32,336 nucleotides of DNA from Candidatus Hermodarchaeum yapensis (GCA_016840405.1 JAEOSK010000026.1:1-32336), one strand, 5' to 3'; counted from the first letter of the stretch, positions 8,892 to 18,708 are shown. Translations and numbers: made by a program. Notes: generated by a model from the letters alone, not told the origin.

Positions 8892-9512
8892 TCAATCGAT
8901 GGAAGTTGATTTCACGCGCGTTTTGATGAGGAGATAGCGGGGTACTCTTTTCATGTAAGTGCGATAGGATTCTCCATATCGTTCAAGACAATCTTGTTCT
9001 TCTCCCATGATTTTATATCGTCCAAAGAAGATTGCGGGGATTCCGAGGAGAATGACTAGCCAAGAGCCGATGGCAAACCCCATACCGATGCCTGCAATAA
9101 ATCCCATGAGAACTTGTGGATTTCGTGATATATGGTAAAGCCCGTGGGTAACGGGTTGATCTTGTGGTGTGTTTTTAAAATTAATTAGCGCAACAATGAA
9201 TCCAGTTAAACCGATGGTGTACAGAAACATTCCAAGGATGAAAGCGATGGATCCGATTTTTAATGGAGTAAAGATCAGCAAAACAAAAACCACAATCACA
9301 ATTACTTTTCCGATGATGTTAGACGCCTTCTGTTTTTTACTCCAGTTAGACCGATCAAACACATACAGCCGAAATCTTACGTTTTTGGGAAAACTAAGGA
9401 ATAGAACACAATAGGCTACGTAATAAAAAACAATGAGGAGCCACCCGTTCAACCACCCAATTGCTAATTGGGGGATAAGTTCCATACCTGGAATGAGGAG
9501 CATCGCTTGCAC
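8892..9512 (-). CDS. Isoprenylcysteine carboxyl methyltransferase/PEMT family membrane protein; start likely ATG 9485
   Basis: THGLYHISRNP...EEQDCLERYGESYRTYMKRVPRY signature. Confidence 0.85.
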   Translation of the reverse strand: MQAMLLIPGMELIPQLAIGWLNGWLLIVFYYVAYCVLFLSFPKNVRFRLYVFDRSNWSKKQKASNIIGKVIVIVVFVLLIFTPLKIGSIAFILGMFLYTIGLTGFIVALINFKNTPQDQPVTHGLYHISRNPQVLMGFIAGIGMGFAIGSWLVILLGIPAIFFGRYKIMGEEQDCLERYGESYRTYMKRVPRYLLIKTRVKSTSID

Positions 9513-9696
9513 ACCATTTTTTTAGGCGTGCCTAATATAACCCGCCTAATTAATAAGTTCTATGATACCCATCCATTTCTTCAAAACCCCTTATCCCATA
9601 GAAATTGACTGTTGGTAGTAACTTCTCGCCATAGTCTTGTAAAGACTATTGCAGCAAGGTGTTTTTCGATGTGTTATCCGCCAGTGATGACCAGTG

Positions 9697-9755
9697 TCGA
9701 AGACGTATGTGCAATTCTTGGTAGATTACGTGAAAGATGATTTGTTTCAAGTCAT
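9697..9755 (+). repeat. Family-1 intergenic repeat, copy C
   Basis: TCGAAGAC-N20-ATTACGTGAAA-GATGATTTG-TTTCAAGTCAT. Confidence 0.9.
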
Positions 9756-9858
9756 ATGCTAACAGTATTTATTTTATCAACCACGGATTGCAAAGGATTT
9801 TCTGTGGACAAACTCATCTATAGTATTATCTTCTTCCATGTAAGTTGAGGTGTAAGAT

Positions 9859-9987
9859 GTGCAGGATGTTGTATCAACGGTTTCGGTGATTATTGCGTCG
9901 GTCAGTGTGACACTAGGTGTGGTTTACTATTTGCTAAATTCACGCAGGGCGCGGAAACGCGAAAAGATTGATAAGAAGATTCTATAA
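9859..9987 (+). pseudogene. 42-aa single-TM ORF, probably a truncated N-terminus
   Basis: SD GAGGTG then GTG; VQDVVSTVSVIIASVSVTLGVVYYLLNSRRARKREKIDKKIL*. Confidence 0.45.
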
Positions 9988-10073
9988 AATAATTATACTA
10001 TATAATATATAGAGTATTGAGTAATTTGACTCATACCTATTAACGCTATCACGAAATCGGAGATCAGAGCCCC

Positions 10074-11093
10074 TTGTCATTGGTTACGCTACTCATTCCC
10101 ATCGTTGTATTACTCATTTTAGCGAGTATTGTAGCCTTTGCTATTGGGTCTAACGATAGCACAATGGCCAGCGTCGTTGGGGCTAAAGTACTTTCATTGA
10201 GGAGTGCCGTCATTGTAGGAGGCATTCTATTAATCATTGGAGCCGTGGTGTTAGGTCAAGGCGTTAGCACGACTATTGGTTCAGATATGATCATCCAACC
10301 CCTTCCAGCTAATCTTGTGTTAGTGATTTCGTTAGCAATGATTGTGTGGATGCTGTTGAGCGCCTATCTTGGCAACCCGATTTCAGCCACTCACTCAATT
10401 ATTGGAAGCATCATAGGTATTGGGTTGCTAGGGGAGCTCGTTTGGGGCACACCCCTGGTTCGGTGGAACACTATCTCCATTATTATTATTGGCTGGCTTC
10501 TGAGCCCAATTCTGAGTCTAGCAATTGCTTTTTTCCTCCAACGGTACGTCCGGAGAACATTTCTTTCCAAGACCAGAGGATTGGATGAGATCCAACAAAG
10601 AGAACAAATTTTTGGTTTGCTATTATTGGTGATGGTCATTGTTATCTGTTTAAGTCGTGGAGGGAATGATGTTGCTAAGGCGGTCGGTCTGTTGACAATG
10701 TTTTTTGTCGGACCGATCGAATTTACAATGTTGTTGTTACTTGGTGGAGTGGGCATGGGAATAGGATTATTAGTTTTGGGACGCCGTGTGGTTCAAACGG
10801 TGGGAATGGAGTTGACGGTGTTACGTCCCAGTGCAAGCTTTTCTTCCGCAACAGCAGGGGCCATTGTTTTGCTTGTGGGTACGATACTGGGGATTCCTCT
10901 CGCGGCGACGCATATTCTTATAACATCTATAATTGGAGCGGGGATGGCAAATCGGGTATCCACGAATAAAACCGTTTTACGGAAACTAATCTTAAGCTCA
11001 CTTCTAACCGTTCCTGTTTCGGCCATACTCGCAATTTGTATTTGGGGAATTTATCAGCTGACAATTTCTGTTGTGTTCTTATTTCCTCTTTGA
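10074..11093 (+). CDS. PiT family inorganic phosphate transporter
   Basis: Duplicated signatures GSND and GGNDVAK; PISATHSIIGSIIGIG and PLAATH. Confidence 0.9.
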   Translation: MSLVTLLIPIVVLLILASIVAFAIGSNDSTMASVVGAKVLSLRSAVIVGGILLIIGAVVLGQGVSTTIGSDMIIQPLPANLVLVISLAMIVWMLLSAYLGNPISATHSIIGSIIGIGLLGELVWGTPLVRWNTISIIIIGWLLSPILSLAIAFFLQRYVRRTFLSKTRGLDEIQQREQIFGLLLLVMVIVICLSRGGNDVAKAVGLLTMFFVGPIEFTMLLLLGGVGMGIGLLVLGRRVVQTVGMELTVLRPSASFSSATAGAIVLLVGTILGIPLAATHILITSIIGAGMANRVSTNKTVLRKLILSSLLTVPVSAILAICIWGIYQLTISVVFLFPL

Positions 11094-11345
11094 TTTACTA
11101 TTCTGTCTTATCCACTAATTCAGCAAAGAAATCCAATGCAAATGCTGTGAGAAATAGCCTAACTAACAAGTGGGTCAAACATGTTTCTGATTCCAATTGG
11201 CTATGGGCTTATCTGTCTTCGTTCCCACTATTTTGCTCATCACCTGCATGTTCAGAAATAAACCACCCCCCACGAACATCATGCAACCGGGGGTGAAAAT
11301 GAAAGCATTAATTATTTGCCGAAACAACCTCAAAAAGAGGGATAT

Positions 11346-13916
11346 ATGACTTTGCGAAAAGCAATCTGGATTAGGCTAGTCCTAATCGGAATACTTCTTC
11401 TCCAAATCCCCATATTACAAATACCTCTCGCTAGAACCTCCTTTCACGGGAAGGAAATTCCCGTACAAGCACTCCCGACACCCGATGTCCCCCTTGACAC
11501 GCAAGTCACTGTGATTCTGAACAACACGCATGATACTCTCTTATTCAATGTGCCAATTTCTGATCCAGGGCTCTACAATTACACAATGGTCATGCTTGTT
11601 GATAATGCGGATCCCATGATGGGGGTGGATCTCTATCTTCGGTTGTATGAGAGCGTGAATGAGTACGTGCCCCAATTAGATGCATATCTTCCGAAGGATC
11701 GCGAATTTGATTCCGGTCAATGGTGGTCGTTCCTACCAGGCTGGTCAAGTCTGTACTGGACCGAATTCATGGTGGTCCAACCCGGTTCCGCCGTTATCGA
11801 ATTTGACCTCACCTGGTATACCCCTTGGGATCAAGTATCAGTGAATTTCACCGTCAGCCAACAATACTCCTTCGCCGATGCGCCATCCGCTCCCCTAGGA
11901 CAGGATACTACTATCCGCTGGACGGAGGAGGATGCATGGAACGTAACGACATTCACGGCCCCCTCGAATGCCCTGTACAACATCTCCTTGTCTGGCAACG
12001 TGCCCTACAGTACTACCGCGGGCTGGCCTGGCAACCCCATTTTCTTAATGTTTGACGTCTTGGCGTTATTTGATCTCATCTATGGTTCACGCATGAGCTA
12101 TTCGGAATGGATGCCCACCTGTAATATTCCTGCAGGACCAGCGGCCGGTGTTGCCACGTGGACTGCAATGCAAACGATTCCCCTGCCTGCAGGTGATTAC
12201 TACTTAGTGGCTAGAAGCTTACCATTCTTGTTCCTCAATGGCACCTACATTGACCTAACCCTCTACGTGGAACCAGTCTCCACACTTGCGTTGGGTGCGG
12301 ATGAATCACTCCCGTTATACTTTGACGCCGCCGCACCTGTAAATGAAGCCTATGTGGCGGTCACCGTACCAAGTAACTATATGGTCGATTTTTACCTGAG
12401 TAATCCTGAAGGTGGGAATTGGACCGTTGCCACCTATGATGCTTGGCATGGAATGCCCGTTCCCCCAAGCTACGATTACTATGAGGACCCCACAACCAAC
12501 ATTACCATTGAAACTCGGTATAACTACGGAGTCGCTTTGTATCAGCCGGTGATGATGGTCAATCCCGGTTCAGGCCTCTTAGGCGAACAATACTTCGAAC
12601 CATTCGTGTTCCTAGGAACCGAGATTGCCTACTTGGATGATGTTCCACAGCTAGCTAACTTTCCGGCCTTTGGTGGTCCCATATGTTTTTGGAACACGTT
12701 CTATCTCTATTTGGAAGCCACACCAGGATTTATTGGACCTCCCAGCACGACCTTCAATATTAGCTTGAATCTGGATACAACCCCCATTCCCCAACTCACA
12801 ACCACCAGTATGATCCTGCCAATTAATCAGACCATCGCACCCTTTTACCACGGATTCTTGTTGCCTGTTGAAAGCGGTGTGACCTATGAAATCAGTGCCA
12901 CACCAACCTATACCTCAAACGGCGTGGTCATGTTACAAGGGATGTCTGCCCAAGGTGAATTCTACAAAGACTGGGGCTTAGGTGAGTATTGGCCCCTCTT
13001 CAAAGCGGTTGGCATGGCAGGCATGATGGCGCCTGGTGTTATCGCGTCATACGGTTTGAATGACACGATATCCGTCCGCTTTACGGCTGTACGAGATACG
13101 ACCATGCTCATCGTCGTTCTTGGCACCCAACCAATGCTAGGTCCAAGTGACACAACCGAGCTTTCTGTCAGCCTAACCATAACCCAACCCACGGACTACA
13201 CATTAGGCTCAGATTATGCAGTAACTACTACGTCAACTGAATACGATTTTACCAGTTTCAACGTCCCACTCATTGCTGGGTACCGTTATCAAGTGAGTCT
13301 ATCAATTGATCACGGCAGTATCTTTGCCTTGGGTTACTTCTTTGATGACGAAGGACAAACCCCCTTTGGCGCCTTAACCCATGATCCATGGCCATATGTT
13401 CAGCATACATTTTCAATGAGCTTCACAGGCACCTATACGGCGAGGCACACGGGTGTCGTCACCTTTGCCCTTGTACACCAAGGCAATGCCCGCTTCTCCA
13501 TCACCCTCGTCGATGACACACCACCCGATGTCGAAATCTTGGAACCCGACTGGGGCGCTTCCTTCGAGCCCGGCGACATCATCATCAATTTTACTGCCAG
13601 CGACGAAATTGGCCTTGCCTCCCTTGTTGTGGGCATTGATGGTAGCGAAGAGAACCTCCCCCTCGACAGTACCAGCTACACCTACGCTGCAACCACGTCT
13701 GGTCTTCACCACATCTACATTGAAGCAGAGGATACCCAAGGCAACATTGCCATTGACAGCATCACTATCCTCGTCCTCCCCGAACCTACATCTTGGACTC
13801 TCGGACAAAACGCCGCCTACGGGCTCCTCTATCCCATGCTCATCATGGGCGCGGCCGCCACCGGCATAATCTGCTTCCTTCTCGGCTGGTTCATCAAAGG
13901 ACGACGAAAACCCTAA
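11346..13916 (+). CDS. Large membrane-anchored cell-surface protein
   Basis: Signal-like N-terminus, beta-rich body with many N-x-S/T sequons, Ig-like DDTPPDVEI...AEDTQGN domain, C-terminal TM and basic tail KGRRKP; track start 11316. Confidence 0.8.
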   Translation: MTLRKAIWIRLVLIGILLLQIPILQIPLARTSFHGKEIPVQALPTPDVPLDTQVTVILNNTHDTLLFNVPISDPGLYNYTMVMLVDNADPMMGVDLYLRLYESVNEYVPQLDAYLPKDREFDSGQWWSFLPGWSSLYWTEFMVVQPGSAVIEFDLTWYTPWDQVSVNFTVSQQYSFADAPSAPLGQDTTIRWTEEDAWNVTTFTAPSNALYNISLSGNVPYSTTAGWPGNPIFLMFDVLALFDLIYGSRMSYSEWMPTCNIPAGPAAGVATWTAMQTIPLPAGDYYLVARSLPFLFLNGTYIDLTLYVEPVSTLALGADESLPLYFDAAAPVNEAYVAVTVPSNYMVDFYLSNPEGGNWTVATYDAWHGMPVPPSYDYYEDPTTNITIETRYNYGVALYQPVMMVNPGSGLLGEQYFEPFVFLGTEIAYLDDVPQLANFPAFGGPICFWNTFYLYLEATPGFIGPPSTTFNISLNLDTTPIPQLTTTSMILPINQTIAPFYHGFLLPVESGVTYEISATPTYTSNGVVMLQGMSAQGEFYKDWGLGEYWPLFKAVGMAGMMAPGVIASYGLNDTISVRFTAVRDTTMLIVVLGTQPMLGPSDTTELSVSLTITQPTDYTLGSDYAVTTTSTEYDFTSFNVPLIAGYRYQVSLSIDHGSIFALGYFFDDEGQTPFGALTHDPWPYVQHTFSMSFTGTYTARHTGVVTFALVHQGNARFSITLVDDTPPDVEILEPDWGASFEPGDIIINFTASDEIGLASLVVGIDGSEENLPLDSTSYTYAATTSGLHHIYIEAEDTQGNIAIDSITILVLPEPTSWTLGQNAAYGLLYPMLIMGAAATGIICFLLGWFIKGRRKP

Positions 13917-13943
13917 CTAACAAATTACTCCAGTGAACCCCAC

Positions 13944-13978
13944 GCTGGGCAAATCTGTCCAGCCCTCCCCCTTTTTTT
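13944..13978 (+). terminator. Hairpin plus oligo-T terminator
   Basis: GCTGGGCA-AATC-TGTCCAGC followed by T7, downstream of the stop at 13916. Confidence 0.55.
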
Positions 13979-14181
13979 CACAAGCATTTTTCCTGACTAT
14001 CTAAGAAATCCGCCACATAGATGACAACGATCATCGTTCGATGCTGCACACTCCCGACAAATGTAAACACCACACCCCAAACAGACCACATCTGTACGCT
14101 TTTTGGCACAGACCGCGCACATTTCCATCTTCAATCGCCACCAGCAAAAATGAATTCATCATGCAATAGATAAATACTTAG

Positions 14182-14250
14182 GTGAACTACCATCGACTAA
14201 AATCGATGGCTTCTATGCAGTTGCACAGTTAAGGGCTGGTTCACAGGCGG
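14182..14250 (-). mobile_element. IS200/IS605 right end (omegaRNA scaffold) of the tnpB element
   Basis: Minus strand GCCTGTGAACC...GAAGCCATCGATTTTAGTCGATGGTAGTTCAC; predicted guide CTAAGTATTTATCTATTGCA. Confidence 0.8.
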
Positions 14251-14973
14251 CCCACACAATGGTATATAGCCAAGGTGCCTCTCGACTTTACGAGCGATAT
14301 TAATTGCACCATTAAGGTCGGCATTGAACTCTCCACATTCTGGACATCGAAACCTTGCCTGAGTCGAACGCAAACCACGTCTACCACATACGTGACAAGT
14401 GATACTCGTATACGCCTCATTCACCAAGACTACTGGGATGCCACGAATCATTGCCTTATAGATTATCATTTGTGTCCGCTTATGGAACGGCATATTACTA
14501 ACGATTCTCCGCATCCGCTTTCCCCTCTTCTCAGCGCTTCTCCTGATACCAGTGAGATCACCAATCGCAATCCATGACGTGGTCCTATCAGCCATCTCCA
14601 CTATCTCTTTGCTTATCCGGTGGAGGACGGCATCTACTCGCCGTTTCTCCCTGTCACCAATTCGTTTGACAATCCGGCTGAGTCCCCGTTCTTGTAACCG
14701 CCGACGTAACCATGCATGATGCCGTCTGATACCCCGTACCTCTCGACCGAGAAACCTTGGTCGTTTTATACAACTGTTTTGCAGCAACACCGTTGCAGCC
14801 ATGATACGCTCGCCAAGGTCTACACCAATCACCGAGGTGCCCCTGCGAAGAGGTGGGGTATCAAAAGTGAACACCAGATTCACATAGAACCTACCATGTC
14901 TACGAAATAGTTTGCTCTCTCCCCGTTCAGCGTCTTCGGTAGTTTCAACAAGGCACGACGGCTTTGCTTGCAA
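14197..14973 (-). pseudogene. tnpB: TnpB RNA-guided endonuclease, N-terminally truncated
   Basis: GVDLG, IAIGDL, VNEAYTS, CHVC...CPEC zinc finger, NADLNGAINI. Only 258 aa; no left-end hairpin or tnpA upstream. Confidence 0.85.
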
Positions 14974-14991
14974 ATAACGTGAAAGATTATT
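14974..14991 (+). repeat. Possible partial family-1 core
   Basis: ATAACGTGAAAGATTATT versus copy C ATTACGTGAAAGATGATT (16/18). Confidence 0.4.
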
Positions 14992-15043
14992 CCTTCACTA
15001 CTCATACAATTTAAAGTGGACTCGAACCGCTTTTGAAGGTGTT

Positions 15044-16003
15044 CTAATAACAATGGGATGGCTGAAGTAATTGGGGGTAGTATGCTCTGAGGTGCTTACG
15101 CATTTCGTAACAGAGGTGGCATTCATCCACAAACTTCTGCTTCACCGATACTCCTTTTTCTTTGACCAGCTCAAAGAGCCCGATGGGTCCCTTTTCAGCA
15201 AGCCGTTGGATAATGACGTGGTCGCGGGGCTCATATTCTCCGAGCAAGTGGTGTAATGGAGTGGTTTTGGCATTTCCGATGCAGATGCCAGGACATAGCG
15301 TAACGTTTCCTTCGTAGTCAATTTCGATGGTTTTAGGTTCTCTAAGCGTTTTTCCTAACCAATACGGTAGTTGGCATTTGCCAGTGGGCGCGTCAGAATG
15401 AGTTAGGACGAGGTGACTGAGCGTGTCAGCGGCTCTGCCTTCGAAGTCGACTTGGTATGTTGAAATCTCAATACCGGGTATCTCCGTGAGGGCATCGAGC
15501 AACTTCTGGGTTCGAATATCGTATTCATTGGAGGGCGTTTCAAGTTCAAGAAATTGGGAATCGACCCAGATGTGATCAAAGGACATTTGTGAAGCGGCTT
15601 CCACTCCTCTTCGCACATCCTCGAATGGTATGAATTCTTGATGAAAACTATCAACACTAAAGGTAATTTGAGTAAGTCCTGCCTGTTGCAGCTTCCTGAG
15701 GGTATTTTGGGCAATGGACTCGGTGCTAGCCCAATATCCATTAGTGATAATCCCCCGTTTTGGAATGTCTAACTGTTTTGCCGTGGAGATGGCAAAAAGC
15801 AACGTATCGAAAAACACGGTGGGCTCCCCCCCATGCACGGTGATTCCTTCAAGTGGTTGAGTGTTCTTTAGCTCAGCGAGCCAGCGTCGGATATTCTCAT
15901 AATTCATGTGTCCCGCTCTCTGTGGTCCTGCCTTATACACACAGTGTTTACATTGGGATGGACACCGAAAGGTGAGAAGCAAATCAACACCGGTGAGTCG
16001 CAT
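15044..16003 (-). CDS. Radical SAM protein
   Basis: CPSQCKHC, HGGEP, ITNG, FSVDSFH; additional C-terminal Cys (GNVTLCPG, DECHLC); SD GGAGGT. Confidence 0.92.
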   Translation of the reverse strand: MRLTGVDLLLTFRCPSQCKHCVYKAGPQRAGHMNYENIRRWLAELKNTQPLEGITVHGGEPTVFFDTLLFAISTAKQLDIPKRGIITNGYWASTESIAQNTLRKLQQAGLTQITFSVDSFHQEFIPFEDVRRGVEAASQMSFDHIWVDSQFLELETPSNEYDIRTQKLLDALTEIPGIEISTYQVDFEGRAADTLSHLVLTHSDAPTGKCQLPYWLGKTLREPKTIEIDYEGNVTLCPGICIGNAKTTPLHHLLGEYEPRDHVIIQRLAEKGPIGLFELVKEKGVSVKQKFVDECHLCYEMRKHLRAYYPQLLQPSHCY

Positions 16004-16203
16004 TTTCCCAGTACCTCCCTGATAAAAAATATCGAAGTCGAATAATGTAGGTTATATTTGACCCTTAGTTGTATTGGTAGGGAAAATGAGGAGGGTATTC
16101 GTGCGGGACTAAGGGATGAAGCGTTAGTACACTTCGAGCAAGTTTTTTCATTTTCCGTTTGGTGTCAAATACAAATTGTTGATGGAATAAAGTGGCATAA
16201 TGG

Positions 16204-18216
16204 CTATCGGTCGTGGTCTGCGGGACACTGGTCAAGACTCCAATAGGTGACTGGGACATCGGCGATTTTCATGCCGTGGAGTAGTTTGGGAAACATGACA
16301 AGGATGGTTCCGAAGGTTGGACCACGAACTTTTATGCGGTAGGGGGTGTTCTCGCCAGTGCTGATAGCGTGGAAACAGAGTTCTCCGCGACCGGCTTCAA
16401 TGCAATGGAATGCTTCACCTGCGGGGATCTTTAGCCGCCAGGTAATTTTCTTATCTTCAGGTGTCTTTGTTTCGCACACTGGTCCGCTGGGAAGTTGATC
16501 CAACGCATGTTCAATGATGTTGAGGCTCTCTTCGATTTCCAGTCGACGACACAGGAACCGGTGATAGGCGTCGCCTTTTGTGGCAGTGACCGTGTTAATG
16601 CCTACCTCTTGATAGGCTTCGTAAGGTGTTGCTGTTCTGATGTCAAAATCGACGCCGGAGGCTCGTAGATTGGGTCCTGTGACATCATTTTGAATTGCAG
16701 TTTCCTTTGAAAGGATACCGAGTCCTTCTGTACGATCTATGAAGGTTTTGTTATGGATTAAGAGGTTATCATAAGTTTGAAGCCGTTCTCGGAGGAAGTG
16801 AATTAATTGTTCTGCTTTCTGTTGAAAGTCTGGTTGAATGTCGCGACGGACGCCTCCGATGGTGTTGAAAATATGATAGATCCTTGCCCCGGTGAGTTCT
16901 TCAAGTAATAGCAGAACTTGGTCCCGGTCACCCCAGATAAGGCGTTCGATAGTGTCAAAGCCAGTTGCTGCCCCGCCAAATCCAAGATTCATCAGGTGGC
17001 TTTGGATTCGCGAAAGTTCTGCTTGAACCACGCGTAAATACTGTCCGCGAATGGGGACTTGGATACCCGCGAGTTTCTCCGTGACGCCGCTGTAGGCGAG
17101 TTCGTAGGAGGCACCATCGAGTACACAGATTCGAGGAACAAGCATAATGTTCTGTAGCCATGTTCGGTATTCCATGAGTTTTTCAAAGCCACGATGTAAA
17201 TATCCTGGATATGGGATGGCGTCGACGATTATTTCGCCATCCAATTTGAGGGCCATATTGAAGTTCCCTGAAGCGGGATGTTGTGATCCGAAGACCATGT
17301 CGAACTCAGTTTTATTGGCATCTGCTCCTAATAGTGGGTAGGGGGATACTTCCATTTTGCCTGCATCAGTGTCAGTCTTTTCCTCTTTACCGAGGTATCC
17401 GCCTTGAATGGCTTGGATGGCGTGGACAACGGCAACGCCGATGGGCTCGGGGCGTGGTGGGCACCCAGCAATCCAGATGTCCACGGGGATGTACTTGCTG
17501 ATGTCTTTGATAGTGTTATAGCTATCCCAGTAGGTCCCGCCAGTCATAGGGCAGTTGCCGAGGGCAATGACCCATTTTGGTTGGGGCATCAATGAGTAAA
17601 TGCGGATGATCCGTTTCAGCGTCTTAGGTGTGACATAGCCACCTACAAGCAAAGCATCGGCATGTCGGGGGGAGCCAACGGCTAAAAGCCCAAAGCGCTC
17701 CATGTCGAAGGAACTGGCGACCCAGGGCACGGCTTCAATGAAACAACAACCGGTCATGTAATTGACAATCCAAATACTTCGTGAGCGTGCCCACGAAACG
17801 GTGTTTTTAATTTTCGGGGCTTCAGGATGCTCCAGTGTCGGGGGGACTGCCAACATCTCCGGTGTATAGTTTAGGGTTTCTGGCTTCATTGTGAGCAGAA
17901 TAGGGAAATTAGTAAATGACAGGGCTCCGGTGGGGCAATTGTCTACGCATAAGCCACAGAAACAGCATTTCCGGAAATCAATCTGGGGTTGAAGACCGGT
18001 TTTATTCTCTTCACTCTTTTCCCGCTCTAGCATCTGAATTGCATTGTTAGGACACACATTCGCGCAAATTTTGCACCCTTTACATAACTCGGGTTTGTAG
18101 AGTTGACGCCCTCGGTATAACTCTGTTAACGGCATATCGGGTGGAAAAGAAAAGGTCATAGGTTTCGATACAGCGAGCCCTAAAACGCTTTTTATCGCTT
18201 TAAAAATTCGAGACAT
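16204..18216 (-). CDS. Fused NuoI-NuoB-NuoD-like protein (Mbx/Mbs N-J-L-like)
   Basis: 2x[4Fe-4S] motifs CKGCKICANVCP and CCFCGLCVDNCP; NuoB motifs TGCCFIE, SPRHAD, GCPPRPE; NuoD motifs QHP, GYLHRGFEK, RICVLD, EAGRGE, SLDQCPADHDR. Confidence 0.9.
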   Translation of the reverse strand: MSRIFKAIKSVLGLAVSKPMTFSFPPDMPLTELYRGRQLYKPELCKGCKICANVCPNNAIQMLEREKSEENKTGLQPQIDFRKCCFCGLCVDNCPTGALSFTNFPILLTMKPETLNYTPEMLAVPPTLEHPEAPKIKNTVSWARSRSIWIVNYMTGCCFIEAVPWVASSFDMERFGLLAVGSPRHADALLVGGYVTPKTLKRIIRIYSLMPQPKWVIALGNCPMTGGTYWDSYNTIKDISKYIPVDIWIAGCPPRPEPIGVAVVHAIQAIQGGYLGKEEKTDTDAGKMEVSPYPLLGADANKTEFDMVFGSQHPASGNFNMALKLDGEIIVDAIPYPGYLHRGFEKLMEYRTWLQNIMLVPRICVLDGASYELAYSGVTEKLAGIQVPIRGQYLRVVQAELSRIQSHLMNLGFGGAATGFDTIERLIWGDRDQVLLLLEELTGARIYHIFNTIGGVRRDIQPDFQQKAEQLIHFLRERLQTYDNLLIHNKTFIDRTEGLGILSKETAIQNDVTGPNLRASGVDFDIRTATPYEAYQEVGINTVTATKGDAYHRFLCRRLEIEESLNIIEHALDQLPSGPVCETKTPEDKKITWRLKIPAGEAFHCIEAGRGELCFHAISTGENTPYRIKVRGPTFGTILVMFPKLLHGMKIADVPVTYWSLDQCPADHDR

Positions 18217-18219
18217 TTT

Positions 18220-18708
18220 TTATTTCTCCCGCGCCTTGAAGTATTCTTTGTCAACATAGGTATGCCAATTGAAGTCTTTGCGTAATGGTGGTTTTTCTGT
18301 CCAATTTTCGAGGAATAAGGGCTTCAGCATCGTATTCCCCACAAAATTAACCCCGAAGAGCTCCCACATCTCCCGCTCATGCATAGTCGCGGATTTCCAG
18401 ATGGTTGATAGGCTCGTAATCGCAGGTTTGCTTCGAGCAATGCGTGTAGCTACCTTTACGTAAATATTGCTTTCAAGATGGTGAACTACGTAGTATATTT
18501 CGAATTCACCTTGGTCTATCCAGTCGATGACTGCGACTGTCAAACAGCGAGAAAACCCCTGGTCTTTAAGATACGTGCTCAGATCAACGTAAGTCGTTGT
18601 ATCTGTTGTTAGTGTGAGTAGGTTCTCTCGAATTTCGAATTCGGAGAGGGCATAATGCGATTTCAACGCCGTTGAAAAGGCTGTTAGCTCCAACGCCTTA
18701 TCTTTCAT
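18220..18708 (-). CDS. NuoC/MbxK-like subunit
   Basis: ITSLSTIWKSATMHEREMWELFGVNFVG...PPLRKDF; start ATG 18708 (track 18729). Confidence 0.9.
   Translation of the reverse strand: MKDKALELTAFSTALKSHYALSEFEIRENLLTLTTDTTTYVDLSTYLKDQGFSRCLTVAVIDWIDQGEFEIYYVVHHLESNIYVKVATRIARSKPAITSLSTIWKSATMHEREMWELFGVNFVGNTMLKPLFLENWTEKPPLRKDFNWHTYVDKEYFKAREK

Noticed and set aside
2356-9755. Family-1 repeats as C/D-box sRNAs or ordinary transcription-factor sites
   Set aside because: No conserved CTGA D box; too long for a single site, and one copy lies between convergent genes
15018-15028. GGTTCGAGTCC tRNA T-loop-like motif on the minus strand
   Set aside because: No full T-stem, acceptor stem or cloverleaf
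16204-18216. NiFe hydrogenase or canonical complex I call
   Set aside because: Only 2 of 4 Ni-ligating Cys, no maturation genes and no membrane subunits in the window
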